From the IMG/VR virus record IMGVR_UViG_2548876702_000015, positions 1 through 26,172 of that record: DNA of 26,172 nucleotides, one strand, 5' to 3'. This document shows positions 8,078-17,189 of the stretch, piece after piece; position 1 is the stretch's first letter, and the number at the start of each line of letters is the position of its first letter. Under the pieces are notes generated by a model, which was given only the letters and a program-made list of their open reading frames with translations, was not told where the DNA came from and ran no database searches. The stretch comes from a virus. Lineage: Duplodnaviria > Heunggongvirae > Uroviricota > Caudoviricetes. A program made the position numbers and the translations under genes.

Positions 8078-8728
8078 TCAGCGGCTGTCATTGCGCAGTC
8101 TGCGCTCCAGCTGCTGTTTGTCTTTTTTCACGCCACAGCGGGGATCGAGCTGTAACGCATGGTTGAGATGATTAAGGGCGGACGCCGGATTGCTTTCACT
8201 CAGGACAGCGCCAATCGCTTTATGCAGACGCGCCCGTGACTGGTCCGGCATATCCAGACCGTCTGTCAGCTCCAGCGTCTGCAGCAACAGATCAGCATCA
8301 AAGCCGGTGGCGGCAAGCATTGCGCTCTGCGCGGCGTCTGCCATTTCCTCTGCCAGCACGGTCTGCACGTTGCGGTTACCCAGCGGCATCACCCAGCCAT
8401 GACGCAGGGCATGACGCCCGATCTCCAGCGCTCCGGCATAATCTCCGGCATCAATGCGCCACAGCATCACGTACATCAGCACGTCATCCTGTTGAGCGCC
8501 TCCGGCAGCCAGGACACCCTCTGCCCAGGCGGCGTACTTCGGCAGCAGCTCCACCTTGATTTCCGCTTTTTTGACCGTGGACTGAACGCCCTTGAGACGG
8601 CGGCGGTCTTCCGCCAGTTGCAGCAGCATCAGGTCATAGCCCGACGCGTGGCGAACACTGCCACCCTCGCGAGCGGCCTGTTCAGCCTGAACGCGCAGGC
8701 GATGCTGCCGTGCGGGACTCAGGCTCAT
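8078..8728 (-). CDS. M: Terminase small (endonuclease) subunit M (P2 gpM-like)
   Basis: 216 aa, ATG at 8728-8726 just after the N stop. Position between N and L. Confidence 0.8.
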   Translation of the reverse strand: MSLSPARQHRLRVQAEQAAREGGSVRHASGYDLMLLQLAEDRRRLKGVQSTVKKAEIKVELLPKYAAWAEGVLAAGGAQQDDVLMYVMLWRIDAGDYAGALEIGRHALRHGWVMPLGNRNVQTVLAEEMADAAQSAMLAATGFDADLLLQTLELTDGLDMPDQSRARLHKAIGAVLSESNPASALNHLNHALQLDPRCGVKKDKQQLERRLRNDSR

Positions 8729-8731
8729 GAA

Positions 8732-9790
8732 TTACGCTCCGGTTTCTGCTGCGGCGGCGCTGAAGTCACCAATCTGGATGTTTTCCACCAGTGCGGCGCA
8801 GCGGTAGTCCTCAACCACATAGGCTTCGTTAACGGATTCAAAGTTTTCAATCCGGTCACGTTTCGGGTTGTCGATAACTGAACGGCGGCGGGTGTCTTCC
8901 TGCCAGTAGATGGACAGGTTATCCAGACGGGTGATCAGCAGCGCATTCGGCGGGAAGAACGGCGCACGCACGGCCTGCAGGCCACCCATGCGTTTCTGGC
9001 TGATGATCATATCGGCAGCCAGTTTTTCACTGTTTTCCTGCTCTTTGTTGACCAGCGGGAAATACTTGTCAGACAGCAGTTCACGACCGCAAATCACCAC
9101 CAGATCGTCATCGTCCTGGTAGACCACGTCGATAAGCTCATTGACGGCATCCATCACCACTGCGTCCAGGTTGGCATATTCGCCACCTTTACCGACTTTC
9201 ACCGCACCCGGTGTGGTTTCAGCTCCCGTGGTGGTGCTGCCCATGACGTGATCCGGTGCATCTTCACGGATTTTCTGCAGCCAGCCTTTGTTCACATCCT
9301 GCAGCAGCGGGTTTTCGCTACGGTTGGAGGTTTTCGCACGCTTCACGCCGTTAAAGCCGATCATGATGCGGTCCAGTGCCTGACGTTTTACGATGGCGTC
9401 ACGGATACGCACCTGGAAATCCTGAAACTTCGCCCACAGGTCCAGCTTCGCGTAGGTCAGCACCGTGTCAAAGTTAGTCTGCTCGCATTTGTATTCCACA
9501 TCGACCATCAGCGTCGGATCGACAGGCTCACGCTCTTTAGCTGTGGTATCAGTGGTTCCGGCAATGGTGCTGCCAACACCCAGCCCCAGCAACTGACCAG
9601 ACTGCTCAGTCACTGGCGTGACGTTAATCAGCGTCAGGAATGCGGCGGACTGCTGGATCTGATCTTCCAGCGTCTGCTGCACAGACGGCTCTACAGTGAA
9701 CTTGCTGGACAGTTCTTCAACGGCCACACCGTTCAGACGCGCCAGCTGCTGCAGGTAAGCGTTAAAAGCAAAGCGGGTATTCTTCTTCAT
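8732..9790 (-). CDS. N: Major capsid protein N (P2 gpN-like)
   Basis: 352 aa, ATG at 9790-9788. Size and position typical of the P2-family major capsid protein. Confidence 0.9.
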   Translation of the reverse strand: MKKNTRFAFNAYLQQLARLNGVAVEELSSKFTVEPSVQQTLEDQIQQSAAFLTLINVTPVTEQSGQLLGLGVGSTIAGTTDTTAKEREPVDPTLMVDVEYKCEQTNFDTVLTYAKLDLWAKFQDFQVRIRDAIVKRQALDRIMIGFNGVKRAKTSNRSENPLLQDVNKGWLQKIREDAPDHVMGSTTTGAETTPGAVKVGKGGEYANLDAVVMDAVNELIDVVYQDDDDLVVICGRELLSDKYFPLVNKEQENSEKLAADMIISQKRMGGLQAVRAPFFPPNALLITRLDNLSIYWQEDTRRRSVIDNPKRDRIENFESVNEAYVVEDYRCAALVENIQIGDFSAAAAETGA

Positions 9791-9806
9791 CGGGTTTTGT
9801 GCTCCA

Positions 9807-10640
9807 TCAGCAATTGGTCAGAGTGTCAGCGGGGGCGTTACCGCCTGTTGCACGCTGGCGGTAGTCCTGGCGGCTGTCTTCATGACTCAGCTTATTCACC
9901 AGTTCGTTAAAGGCTGTCTGCTGTGCCTGCAGGGCAGTCTCCAGCTCAGACAGACGTTCTTCCTGCTCAGACAGGGATTTTTCGGTGCGTGCACTCAGGT
10001 TTTGCTGCTCAGTGGCGACCAACTCCACGGCCTTATGCACATCAGAGAACCGGGCATCGTCGGACTGCTCTTTTTTGGTGAACAGTGCCGTGACGCGGGC
10101 AAACAGGGACGGCTTGTCCTCCTGGATTTCTTCCAGTTCGATCACCGTTTCCTCTGCGGCGGTAAAGAGATTGGCGGGATTCTGCTTGCGGTTTGCCAGC
10201 GGGTTATGGGCTGCACTGGCGCTGAATGTCAGCATTTCAGTGCCCAGACTGGCAGGGTCATCAGTGGCAGCCAGGCCGACCAGGTAGGCTTTGCCCGTAT
10301 CAGCGAACTTCGGGCTGACTTCCATAGAGGTGAATAATTTCTGGCCTTTTTTCACCAGCTCCACCAGGGACTCCGTTGGCTCAACGTCGGCATACAGTGC
10401 CATCTTGCCCGCCAGCGGACCTTCCGTGATTTCTTCAGCAAACAGCGCCGTCACCTTGCCGTAGCGGTTAAAGGTGCTGTCCGGCAGATAAGACTTGATG
10501 TGCTCAAGGTTAATCAGCGCGGTATACACCGCCGGGTTGTAGCTGGCTGCCATCTGTTCCAGCCATTCACGCTGGATTTCGCGTCCGTCGGTGGTGGCAC
10601 CTTCCACCCCGATGCGAAAACGCTTTGCTTTCACTGTCAT
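9807..10640 (-). CDS. O: Capsid scaffolding protein O (P2 gpO-like)
   Basis: 277 aa, ATG at 10640-10638. Acidic coiled-coil-like C-terminal half. Divergent from P as in P2. Confidence 0.85.
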   Translation of the reverse strand: MTVKAKRFRIGVEGATTDGREIQREWLEQMAASYNPAVYTALINLEHIKSYLPDSTFNRYGKVTALFAEEITEGPLAGKMALYADVEPTESLVELVKKGQKLFTSMEVSPKFADTGKAYLVGLAATDDPASLGTEMLTFSASAAHNPLANRKQNPANLFTAAEETVIELEEIQEDKPSLFARVTALFTKKEQSDDARFSDVHKAVELVATEQQNLSARTEKSLSEQEERLSELETALQAQQTAFNELVNKLSHEDSRQDYRQRATGGNAPADTLTNC

Positions 10641-10718
10641 GAGCCGTGCTCCGTTAGAAAAAACTTACTGGAGCCTTATGGTTGCGGTGATGGGGGCAGT
10701 GAAACAATGCGCGGTATT

Positions 10719-10736
10719 TGTACCGACAACCACACA
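10719..10736. promoter_or_regulatory. Candidate late-promoter activator site (TGT-N12-ACA) in the divergent O/P intergenic region
   Basis: TGTaccgacaaccacACA in the 142-bp O-P gap. Centre is about 55 nt from the P ATG and about 87 nt from the O ATG. Only one such dyad was found here. Confidence 0.45.
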
Positions 10737-10782
10737 AACCGCAGGCGGGGAAAGCCTTCATTCAAGGCTGTAGGTTTGTGCC

Positions 10783-12549
10783 ATGAACACCACACTGACA
10801 CCCGCAGATCTCGATCCCCGTCGGCAGGCCATGCTGCTGTACTTTCAGGGATACCGCGTAGCCCGCATTGCTGAAATGCTGGGCGAGAAAGTTGCAACCG
10901 TTCACAGCTGGAAAAAACGCGACAAGTGGGGTGACTATGGGCCGCTGGATCAGATGCAGCTCACCACCGCCGCACGCTACTGCCAGCTCATTATGAAGGA
11001 GCACAAAGAAGGGAAAGATTTCAAAGAGATTGACCTGCTGGCGCGCCAGTCGGAACGCCACGCGCGGATCGGCAAGTTTAACAATGGCGGCAACGAAGCC
11101 GACTTAAACCCTAACGTCGCCAACCGCAACAAAGGCCCGCGCCGTCAGCCGGAAAAGAATGTCTTCACCGATGAACAGATTGAGAAGCTGGAAGAAATCT
11201 TCCATTCCTCCATGTTCAACTACCAACGCCACTGGTGGGAAGCCGGAAAAACCAACCGCATCCGCAACCTGCTGAAGTCACGCCAGATCGGCGCGACCTT
11301 TTACTTTGCCCGTGAAGCCCTGATTGACGCTCTGCTTACCGGACGTAACCAGATTTTTCTTTCCGCCAGCAAGGCACAGGCCCACGTCTTCAAACAGTAC
11401 ATCATCGACTTTGCCAAAGAAGTGGAGGTGGAGCTGAAAGGCGATCCGATGGTGCTTCCCAACGGGGCCACACTGTATTTCCTCGGCACCAATGCCCGCA
11501 CTGCCCAGAGTTACCACGGCAACCTGTATCTGGATGAATATTTCTGGATACCGAAATTCCAGGAGCTGCGCAAAGTGGCTTCTGGTATGGCTATTCACAA
11601 GAAATGGCGACAAACCTATTTTTCCACGCCATCCAGCCTGACACACAGTGCTTATCCGTTCTGGTCCGGTGCACTGTTCAACCGTGGGCGCAACAAAGCC
11701 GATAAGGTGGACATCGACCTGTCCCACAGCAATCTGGCCCCCGGCCTGCTGTGCGCAGACGGGCAATACCGCCAGATAGTCACCGTGGAAGATGCGGTGC
11801 GCGGCGGCTGCAACCTGTTCGACCTTGACCAGTTGCGCATGGAGTACAGCCCGGACGAATACCAGAACCTGCTGATGTGCGAGTTTGTGGACGATCTCGC
11901 GTCCGTGTTTCCGCTCAGCGAGCTGCAGGCGTGCATGGTGGACAGTTGGGAAGTCTGGACCGACTTTCATGCTCTGGCCCTGCGCCCGTTTGGCTGGCGC
12001 GAAGTGTGGATCGGTTATGACCCGGCAAAAGGTACGCAGAACGGCGACAGTGCCGGATGCGTGGTGGTGGCACCGCCAGCCGTGCCGGGTGGTAAGTTCC
12101 GCATTCTTGAGCGTCACCAGTGGCGCGGGATGGACTTCCGCGCCCAGGCTGACGCCATCAAAAAACTGACCGAGCAGTACAACGTGACCTACATCGGCAT
12201 CGACTCGACAGGTGTCGGCCACGGGGTTTACGAGAACGTGAAAGCGTTTTTTCCAGCCGTCCGGGAGTTTGTCTATAACCCCAACGTTAAAAACGCCCTG
12301 GTACTCAAGGCCTACGACATTATCAGCCACCGCCGTCTGGAGTTTGACGCCGGACACACCGACATTGCGCAGTCATTCATGGCAATCCGTCGCGCAACCA
12401 CCGCCAGCGGCAACCGCCCGACCTATGAAGCCAGCCGCAGCGAAGAAGCCAGCCATGCGGATCTGGCCTGGGCAACGATGCACGCACTGTTTAACGAACC
12501 GCTGCAGGGCGAATCCGCCAATACCAGCAATATTGTGGAGATTTTTTGA
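10783..12549 (+). CDS. P: Terminase large (ATPase) subunit P (P2 gpP-like)
   Basis: 588 aa, ATG at 10783. Size and divergent position relative to O as in P2. Confidence 0.9.
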   Translation: MNTTLTPADLDPRRQAMLLYFQGYRVARIAEMLGEKVATVHSWKKRDKWGDYGPLDQMQLTTAARYCQLIMKEHKEGKDFKEIDLLARQSERHARIGKFNNGGNEADLNPNVANRNKGPRRQPEKNVFTDEQIEKLEEIFHSSMFNYQRHWWEAGKTNRIRNLLKSRQIGATFYFAREALIDALLTGRNQIFLSASKAQAHVFKQYIIDFAKEVEVELKGDPMVLPNGATLYFLGTNARTAQSYHGNLYLDEYFWIPKFQELRKVASGMAIHKKWRQTYFSTPSSLTHSAYPFWSGALFNRGRNKADKVDIDLSHSNLAPGLLCADGQYRQIVTVEDAVRGGCNLFDLDQLRMEYSPDEYQNLLMCEFVDDLASVFPLSELQACMVDSWEVWTDFHALALRPFGWREVWIGYDPAKGTQNGDSAGCVVVAPPAVPGGKFRILERHQWRGMDFRAQADAIKKLTEQYNVTYIGIDSTGVGHGVYENVKAFFPAVREFVYNPNVKNALVLKAYDIISHRRLEFDAGHTDIAQSFMAIRRATTASGNRPTYEASRSEEASHADLAWATMHALFNEPLQGESANTSNIVEIF

Positions 12550-13595
12550 TGGGAAAGAGTAAGAAGAACCGCGCTGCGGCGACGAAACAGATCCAGCTTA
12601 AAAGTCAAACTACAGCCGAAGCATTCAGCTTCGGCGATCCCGTTCCTGTTCTGGACCGCCGTGAACTGCTGGACTATGTGGAATGCGTACAGATGGATCG
12701 CTGGTATGAGCCGCCTGTCAGCTTTGACGGACTGGCACGAACCTTCCGCGCCGCCGTGCATCACAGCTCACCAATTGCGGTGAAATGCAACATTCTGACC
12801 AGTACCTACATCCCTCACCCGCTGCTCAGCCAGCAGGCTTTTTCACGTTTTGTGCAGGACTATCTGGTATTTGGTAACGCCTACCTGGAGAAACGCACGA
12901 ACCGCTTCGGTGAAGTTATCGCCCTTGAGCCTGCTCTGGCAAAATACACCCGACGCGGGTTAGACCTGGATACCTACTGGTTTGTGCAATACGGTATGAC
13001 AACCCAGCCGTATCAGTTCACGAAAGGCAGCATTTTTCATCTGATGGAACCGGACATCAACCAGGAGATCTACGGCCTGCCAGGTTATCTTTCTGCCATT
13101 CCATCAGCCCTGCTCAACGAGTCCGCCACGCTGTTCCGCCGGAAGTATTATATTAACGGCAGTCATGCAGGCTTCATCATGTACATGACCGATGCCGCGC
13201 AGAACCAGGAGGATGTGAACAACCTCCGCAATGCAATGAAAAGTGCCAAAGGGCCAGGCAACTTCCGCAACCTGTTTATGTACTCTCCTAACGGCAAAAA
13301 GGACGGGCTTCAGATTATCCCGTTGTCAGAAGTCGCGGCGAAGGATGAGTTTCTGAATATCAAGAACGTGAGCCGGGACGACATGATGGCGGCACACCGT
13401 GTGCCGCCGCAAATGATGGGGATAATGCCTAATAATGTTGGGGGCTTTGGTGATGTGGAGAAGGCTAGTCGTGTTTTTGTCCGCAACGAACTGATGCCCC
13501 TGCAGAAACAGCTACAAGAACTTAACTATTGGCTAGGCGAAGAAGCAATACGCTTTGATGCCTACTCCCTAAATTTCACAAACGATTCTTTTTGA
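12549..13595 (+). CDS. Q: Portal protein Q (P2 gpQ-like)
   Basis: ATG at 12549 overlapping the P stop (TGATG); ~348 aa. Position downstream of P, next to the expected cos region. Confidence 0.9.
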   Translation: MGKSKKNRAAATKQIQLKSQTTAEAFSFGDPVPVLDRRELLDYVECVQMDRWYEPPVSFDGLARTFRAAVHHSSPIAVKCNILTSTYIPHPLLSQQAFSRFVQDYLVFGNAYLEKRTNRFGEVIALEPALAKYTRRGLDLDTYWFVQYGMTTQPYQFTKGSIFHLMEPDINQEIYGLPGYLSAIPSALLNESATLFRRKYYINGSHAGFIMYMTDAAQNQEDVNNLRNAMKSAKGPGNFRNLFMYSPNGKKDGLQIIPLSEVAAKDEFLNIKNVSRDDMMAAHRVPPQMMGIMPNNVGGFGDVEKASRVFVRNELMPLQKQLQELNYWLGEEAIRFDAYSLNFTNDSF

Positions 13596-13640
13596 TAAAT
13601 ATGCTGGGCCCCCCCCCGGCATTTACTCACGCCCCAATTT
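13596..13640. other. Candidate cos (cohesive-end) region just downstream of the portal gene, containing a 9-C homopolymer
   Basis: In P2-family genomes cos lies next to the 3' end of Q. The reverse complement here reads GGGGCGTGAGTAAATGCCGGGGGGGGGCCCAGCAT, which resembles the GC-rich P2/186 cohesive ends (GGCG(A/T)GGCGGGGAAAGCA(C/T), as recalled) only loosely. Confidence 0.3.
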
Positions 13641-15377
13641 CCATACTGAATTATACGATAAAATACTTAGTTCAGCAGCTCTTGACCTCATATGATCGGG
13701 CGTCCATTCTCCTTGATATTTATTTTCAAATTCATCAATAAAAATTTTAACTAGCGCATATTGTGATTGTTTATAAATTTCAAGCTTATCCACAACAGAC
13801 TTATTTCCAGCTTTTTCATTTAATTCTTTTGAAAGTGGTAATAAATTTCCTATCATGCTATATACTTCAGAATCCCCCACACTCTGAGGCTGAATATGCT
13901 CTAATGTTAATGAATCAGGCATATACTCCCCCGTTTTCATGTGATGTAACTCAAGTCTATTAAAAATGTACTGAATCAACCTTTTATTTTTCAACTCTTG
14001 ATTTGAAAATTTAAGCATAACAAACTTTTCAACAAACATATTAATGTCTGGTTTTCTCTTCACCAACATTTCAAGCAAAGACTTTATTACTTGTCTATTA
14101 CTAGCTTTAGTAGAACCTTCATCCACTAAAGCCCTAGCAGCTTTAGCATACGCACTTTCAATACCTGATGGTCGCAATGAACAAATAGCATTAAACATAA
14201 AATGAAAGCGTTCAATTGACAGCACTGCATTATTCATATCAACAAGTTTTAGCGTTCCTCTTGCTCTTGCCTTAAATAAAGATAACAAAAATGGTTTATT
14301 CTGAGATATGTTAAACAGCCTTAATGCCTGCAAACCTCGATAAACTGGTTTCATTTCCAGTTCAGGAAAATCCTGTTCTGTAGGCGATGATATTTTCACA
14401 TATATCTCGGCATCTGAAAGTAGCTCATCAATGAACGCTGAAGCATCAATGTCGCCTTTTTTCCACTTATCCAGAAAAGCTTTATAAAGAGTGTCACTAC
14501 TTACATAAGAATATTTTGACACCCACCAATGACGGATAAATGTCTCGATAGAACCGACACCATTACGACTAGCAATTATTTGCCTAATTTTATTCCATTT
14601 AGTTTTTGCATCATCATCAGGATGTGTGCCATTCAGTTTCTTAAATAATTTGTTTTTTATAAGATCTACATAACTTAAGTTTAATCCCCTAGCATTCAGA
14701 GTTTCAAAGATTGTATAAGCTTCATCTTCATCATTAACTGTAATATAAATCACTTTCAGATACCGTAGAACTTGATCCCGCACAGCCTTCAACGCTTCCA
14801 AGTAGATAAATTTCTCTCTATCTACTCCTAATGTCTGGCAAAGATTATCTTCTGAAAGATACTCAGTTAAATCATTATATGAAGATTGCAAGTTTCTTTC
14901 TTCAAGGGACTCCGGTCCTTCATTTCTCTTATCAATATGCTGAATGTTGTTTTGAAAGTATGGCTTAGGAGTTTCATTAACTAATTTAAAAAAAGGTCTG
15001 CCATCGTCATCCATACCAGATATATAATTATTATATATTGATTGAGCTACAGCCAACTCATTTATCAACTTAAATTTATCACATAATGCTGATAACAATA
15101 TAGTAAGAGTCGTAAGACGTTGTTGACCATCTACAATCATCAGCTCAGAGCTAGTTTCCTGCCCGACCAAAACGAGAGCACCGATGAAATACTCATCATA
15201 TTGATACTGCCCATCCTCCTGGTAATGAATATTGGAAACTATATCATGCCAAAGTTCACTTACTTGTTCCTTCCCCCAAGAATATTCTCTTTGGAATCTA
15301 GGGACTATATATTTTTTATTTACAGATAACACGTTTGTTAAGGTTCGAGCATTTGCTTGCAGTTCCACTGAGGCCAC
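13623..15377 (-). CDS. DUF262 (ParB-like, DGQQR motif) + DUF1524 (His-Me finger) nuclease, GmrSD-like candidate type IV restriction / anti-phage protein
   Basis: 584 aa. N-terminal motifs ..YIVPRFQREYSW.. and IVDGQQRLTTL, and FETLNARG, are DUF262 hallmarks. C-terminal LEHIQPQS ... NLLPLSKELNEKAGNK fits the DUF1524 pattern. AT-rich relative to flanking phage genes. Start is GTG at 15377. Confidence 0.7.
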   Translation of the reverse strand: MASVELQANARTLTNVLSVNKKYIVPRFQREYSWGKEQVSELWHDIVSNIHYQEDGQYQYDEYFIGALVLVGQETSSELMIVDGQQRLTTLTILLSALCDKFKLINELAVAQSIYNNYISGMDDDGRPFFKLVNETPKPYFQNNIQHIDKRNEGPESLEERNLQSSYNDLTEYLSEDNLCQTLGVDREKFIYLEALKAVRDQVLRYLKVIYITVNDEDEAYTIFETLNARGLNLSYVDLIKNKLFKKLNGTHPDDDAKTKWNKIRQIIASRNGVGSIETFIRHWWVSKYSYVSSDTLYKAFLDKWKKGDIDASAFIDELLSDAEIYVKISSPTEQDFPELEMKPVYRGLQALRLFNISQNKPFLLSLFKARARGTLKLVDMNNAVLSIERFHFMFNAICSLRPSGIESAYAKAARALVDEGSTKASNRQVIKSLLEMLVKRKPDINMFVEKFVMLKFSNQELKNKRLIQYIFNRLELHHMKTGEYMPDSLTLEHIQPQSVGDSEVYSMIGNLLPLSKELNEKAGNKSVVDKLEIYKQSQYALVKIFIDEFENKYQGEWTPDHMRSRAAELSILSYNSVWKLGRE

Positions 15378-15509
15378 CTACTTTAGTTGTTTGTATTACA
15401 CAGTTTTATAGCATTGGAGTTTGAATGACAACCCGTTGCGCGCGCTCGTATCCCCGCCACGCCTGCCCGCTTTATGTAGTGGTTTTCATGCAGATGCATG
15501 CTCTACGCA

Positions 15510-15540
15510 AAAGCCCGCCAGTTCTGGCGGGCTTTTGCAA
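15510..15540 (-). terminator. Rho-independent terminator (bidirectional hairpin) after the three-gene operon
   Basis: GCCCGCC-agttct-GGCGGGC stem-loop flanked by A-run and T-run (caaaaGCCCGCCagttctGGCGGGCttttgc), 60-90 nt downstream of the stop of the 15600..16016 gene. Confidence 0.6.
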
Positions 15541-15599
15541 AAACGATCCTCAAACGATCATGCGATTTCATGCAGCATAGTCATGCAAAGTAGAAACTG

Positions 15600-16016
15600 C
15601 TATTTAACGTCCGGCGTTTGCGCTGTGGGGGATACTTTTCCATCTAGCGTATTTACAATTGAGAGGGGGTAAATTCCCATTTCAATTCCACAGATCACGT
15701 CGTAACGAGCCTGCGCTTTCTCTCGCATTTCTGGAGAAACAGGGGACGATGGTGCATTTAAAACTGCTTCGGCTTGCTTCTTCAGAGCCTTCAACCGCCT
15801 TTTCAGTTTGATTTCTTGCGGATCAACAGCATAAATCGTCCATGCAAAAGTAAAAACTTCGCTTAAAAGAATTGACACCATCGGTATTGAAGCAATGTAA
15901 AGGTCTTTCCATGTTGGATCTGTAATGAAGCTAGCCAGCTTTATTAGGAAAAGGCCTACACCGCCGCCACCTGTAACACCGACTGCTTTACCGCTTGTTT
16001 TCTTTTGTTCAGGCAT
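15600..16016 (-). CDS. Small membrane protein (2 predicted TM helices), third gene of the uncharacterised three-gene operon
   Basis: ATG at 16016-16014 with a strong AGGAAGGAG SD, 2 nt after the stop of the preceding gene; 138 aa. Hydrophobic segments GVTGGGGVGLFLIKLASFI and IPMVSILLSEVFTFAWTIYAV, with a Lys/Arg-rich helix between. Confidence 0.5.
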   Translation of the reverse strand: MPEQKKTSGKAVGVTGGGGVGLFLIKLASFITDPTWKDLYIASIPMVSILLSEVFTFAWTIYAVDPQEIKLKRRLKALKKQAEAVLNAPSSPVSPEMREKAQARYDVICGIEMGIYPLSIVNTLDGKVSPTAQTPDVK

Positions 16017-16272
16017 GAGAGGCTGACTCCTTCCTCTCACGCTTATTTTTCTCTGCTATATCATCGATGAGCTTTATTAACTCATCATCATTGTTTATAT
16101 AAATATTTGTTTTATAGACATTTTTGTTTGCATCAGTATAAGTGATAGAAACTTTTGTTTCGACAATAACTCGATCGAGCAGGCTACGTATAGCCACTCT
16201 AGCACCTATAAATATAGCTGGAGCTGCAACAAGCAGCCCCAACCATCCTAACACACTAATATCTATAGACAT
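16009..16272 (-). CDS. Small single-pass membrane protein, second gene of the three-gene operon
   Basis: 87 aa, ATG at 16272-16270, 2 nt after the stop of the 304-aa gene. N-terminal TM helix (ISVLGWLGLLVAAPAIFIGARVAI) then a charged soluble tail. Confidence 0.5.
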   Translation of the reverse strand: MSIDISVLGWLGLLVAAPAIFIGARVAIRSLLDRVIVETKVSITYTDANKNVYKTNIYINNDDELIKLIDDIAEKNKRERKESASHA

Positions 16273-16274
16273 TT

Positions 16275-17189
16275 TTAATCCGCATCAGGTTTTATTTTTC
16301 TATCTTTGGCGGCAAAGTGTCGACCCACTTTGATGATCGATAACTTTTCGTCTACCTGGCCACCGGAATCTTTCACAATTTTCTTCATCTTCACAGCAAA
16401 CAATTCGCCAAAAATTTTGGGGGCGTCTGGTCCAGTAACAAGCTTGATGAACTCATTATCTTCCATTCTGACATTGCGCTTTTCACCGCCAAACTCAACA
16501 CGCCAGCCACTTTTTTTGTCAGTATGCGCCGAAACGAATGTCACGGTTGTTTCAAATTCGTCAACTTCTTCTTTGGTTTCAAAGAGAACTTTTGGCGACT
16601 TAAACTCTTCTGCCTCATCTTTATGAATTTTGAGGATTTCTTTCTTAGAGGTGCGCGATTTTTTTACCACAAAATTGTCGATACCATCTTGTAACAGAGG
16701 CTGTCTGACAAACGCGTCAACAGCCTTACGAATCTCTGGGGCATTAACGATTTTTTCGACATCTTCAGAGCAAACAATCTCTTCACCATCGACTTTCAGC
16801 TTAACTTTGTCACTACCGTTAGCTTTCTCGACTATGTCGATCTTACGCCCGTTAAGCTTCTTGAGAACCTCTAAAACTGTAGCACCGCCAACGGCTAAAG
16901 GAATGGCTGACAAACCTAAAATTTGTACAACATCTTTAGCATTAGCTAGATGTTGTACAACCTCAATATCAAACCCAAAGGAACCGGCTATCAATTCAGC
17001 GTCAACGTTAACTTCAATGTCTCGCCCTCCGTTTACAATCTCATTTGCAGAGTAGATAGCCTCACCTAGCCCCTGCAAACTTTTCGCAAACGAAAGAATA
17101 TCCATCTTATGATCGTCGAGAGCTTTGCCTTGATACACAATACTTACTGATTGAGTCTTATCCGCCATTGAGTTCAGATCCGTTGCCAA
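16275..17189 (-). CDS. Hypothetical soluble protein (~297-304 aa), first gene of the three-gene operon; no family recognised
   Basis: Long ORF with coding-like composition, Lys/Glu/Asp-rich C-terminal half. TTG at 17189 or ATG at 17168 are possible starts. AT-rich accessory context. Confidence 0.55.
   Translation of the reverse strand: MATDLNSMADKTQSVSIVYQGKALDDHKMDILSFAKSLQGLGEAIYSANEIVNGGRDIEVNVDAELIAGSFGFDIEVVQHLANAKDVVQILGLSAIPLAVGGATVLEVLKKLNGRKIDIVEKANGSDKVKLKVDGEEIVCSEDVEKIVNAPEIRKAVDAFVRQPLLQDGIDNFVVKKSRTSKKEILKIHKDEAEEFKSPKVLFETKEEVDEFETTVTFVSAHTDKKSGWRVEFGGEKRNVRMEDNEFIKLVTGPDAPKIFGELFAVKMKKIVKDSGGQVDEKLSIIKVGRHFAAKDRKIKPDAD

Noticed and set aside
9248-9910. 220-aa plus-strand ORF inside the major capsid gene N
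   Set aside because: Shadow ORF opposite a strongly supported capsid gene.
10738-10756. cos-like motif GCAGGCGGGGAAAGCC between O and P
   Set aside because: It resembles the GGCGAGGCGGGGAAAGCAC P2 cohesive end as recalled, but lies in the O/P divergent promoter region rather than next to Q where P2-family cos sites sit. Treated as chance or promoter-associated similarity.
11278-12357. 359-aa minus-strand ORF inside terminase gene P
   Set aside because: Shadow ORF opposite the large terminase gene. GC-rich genes commonly give long antisense open frames.
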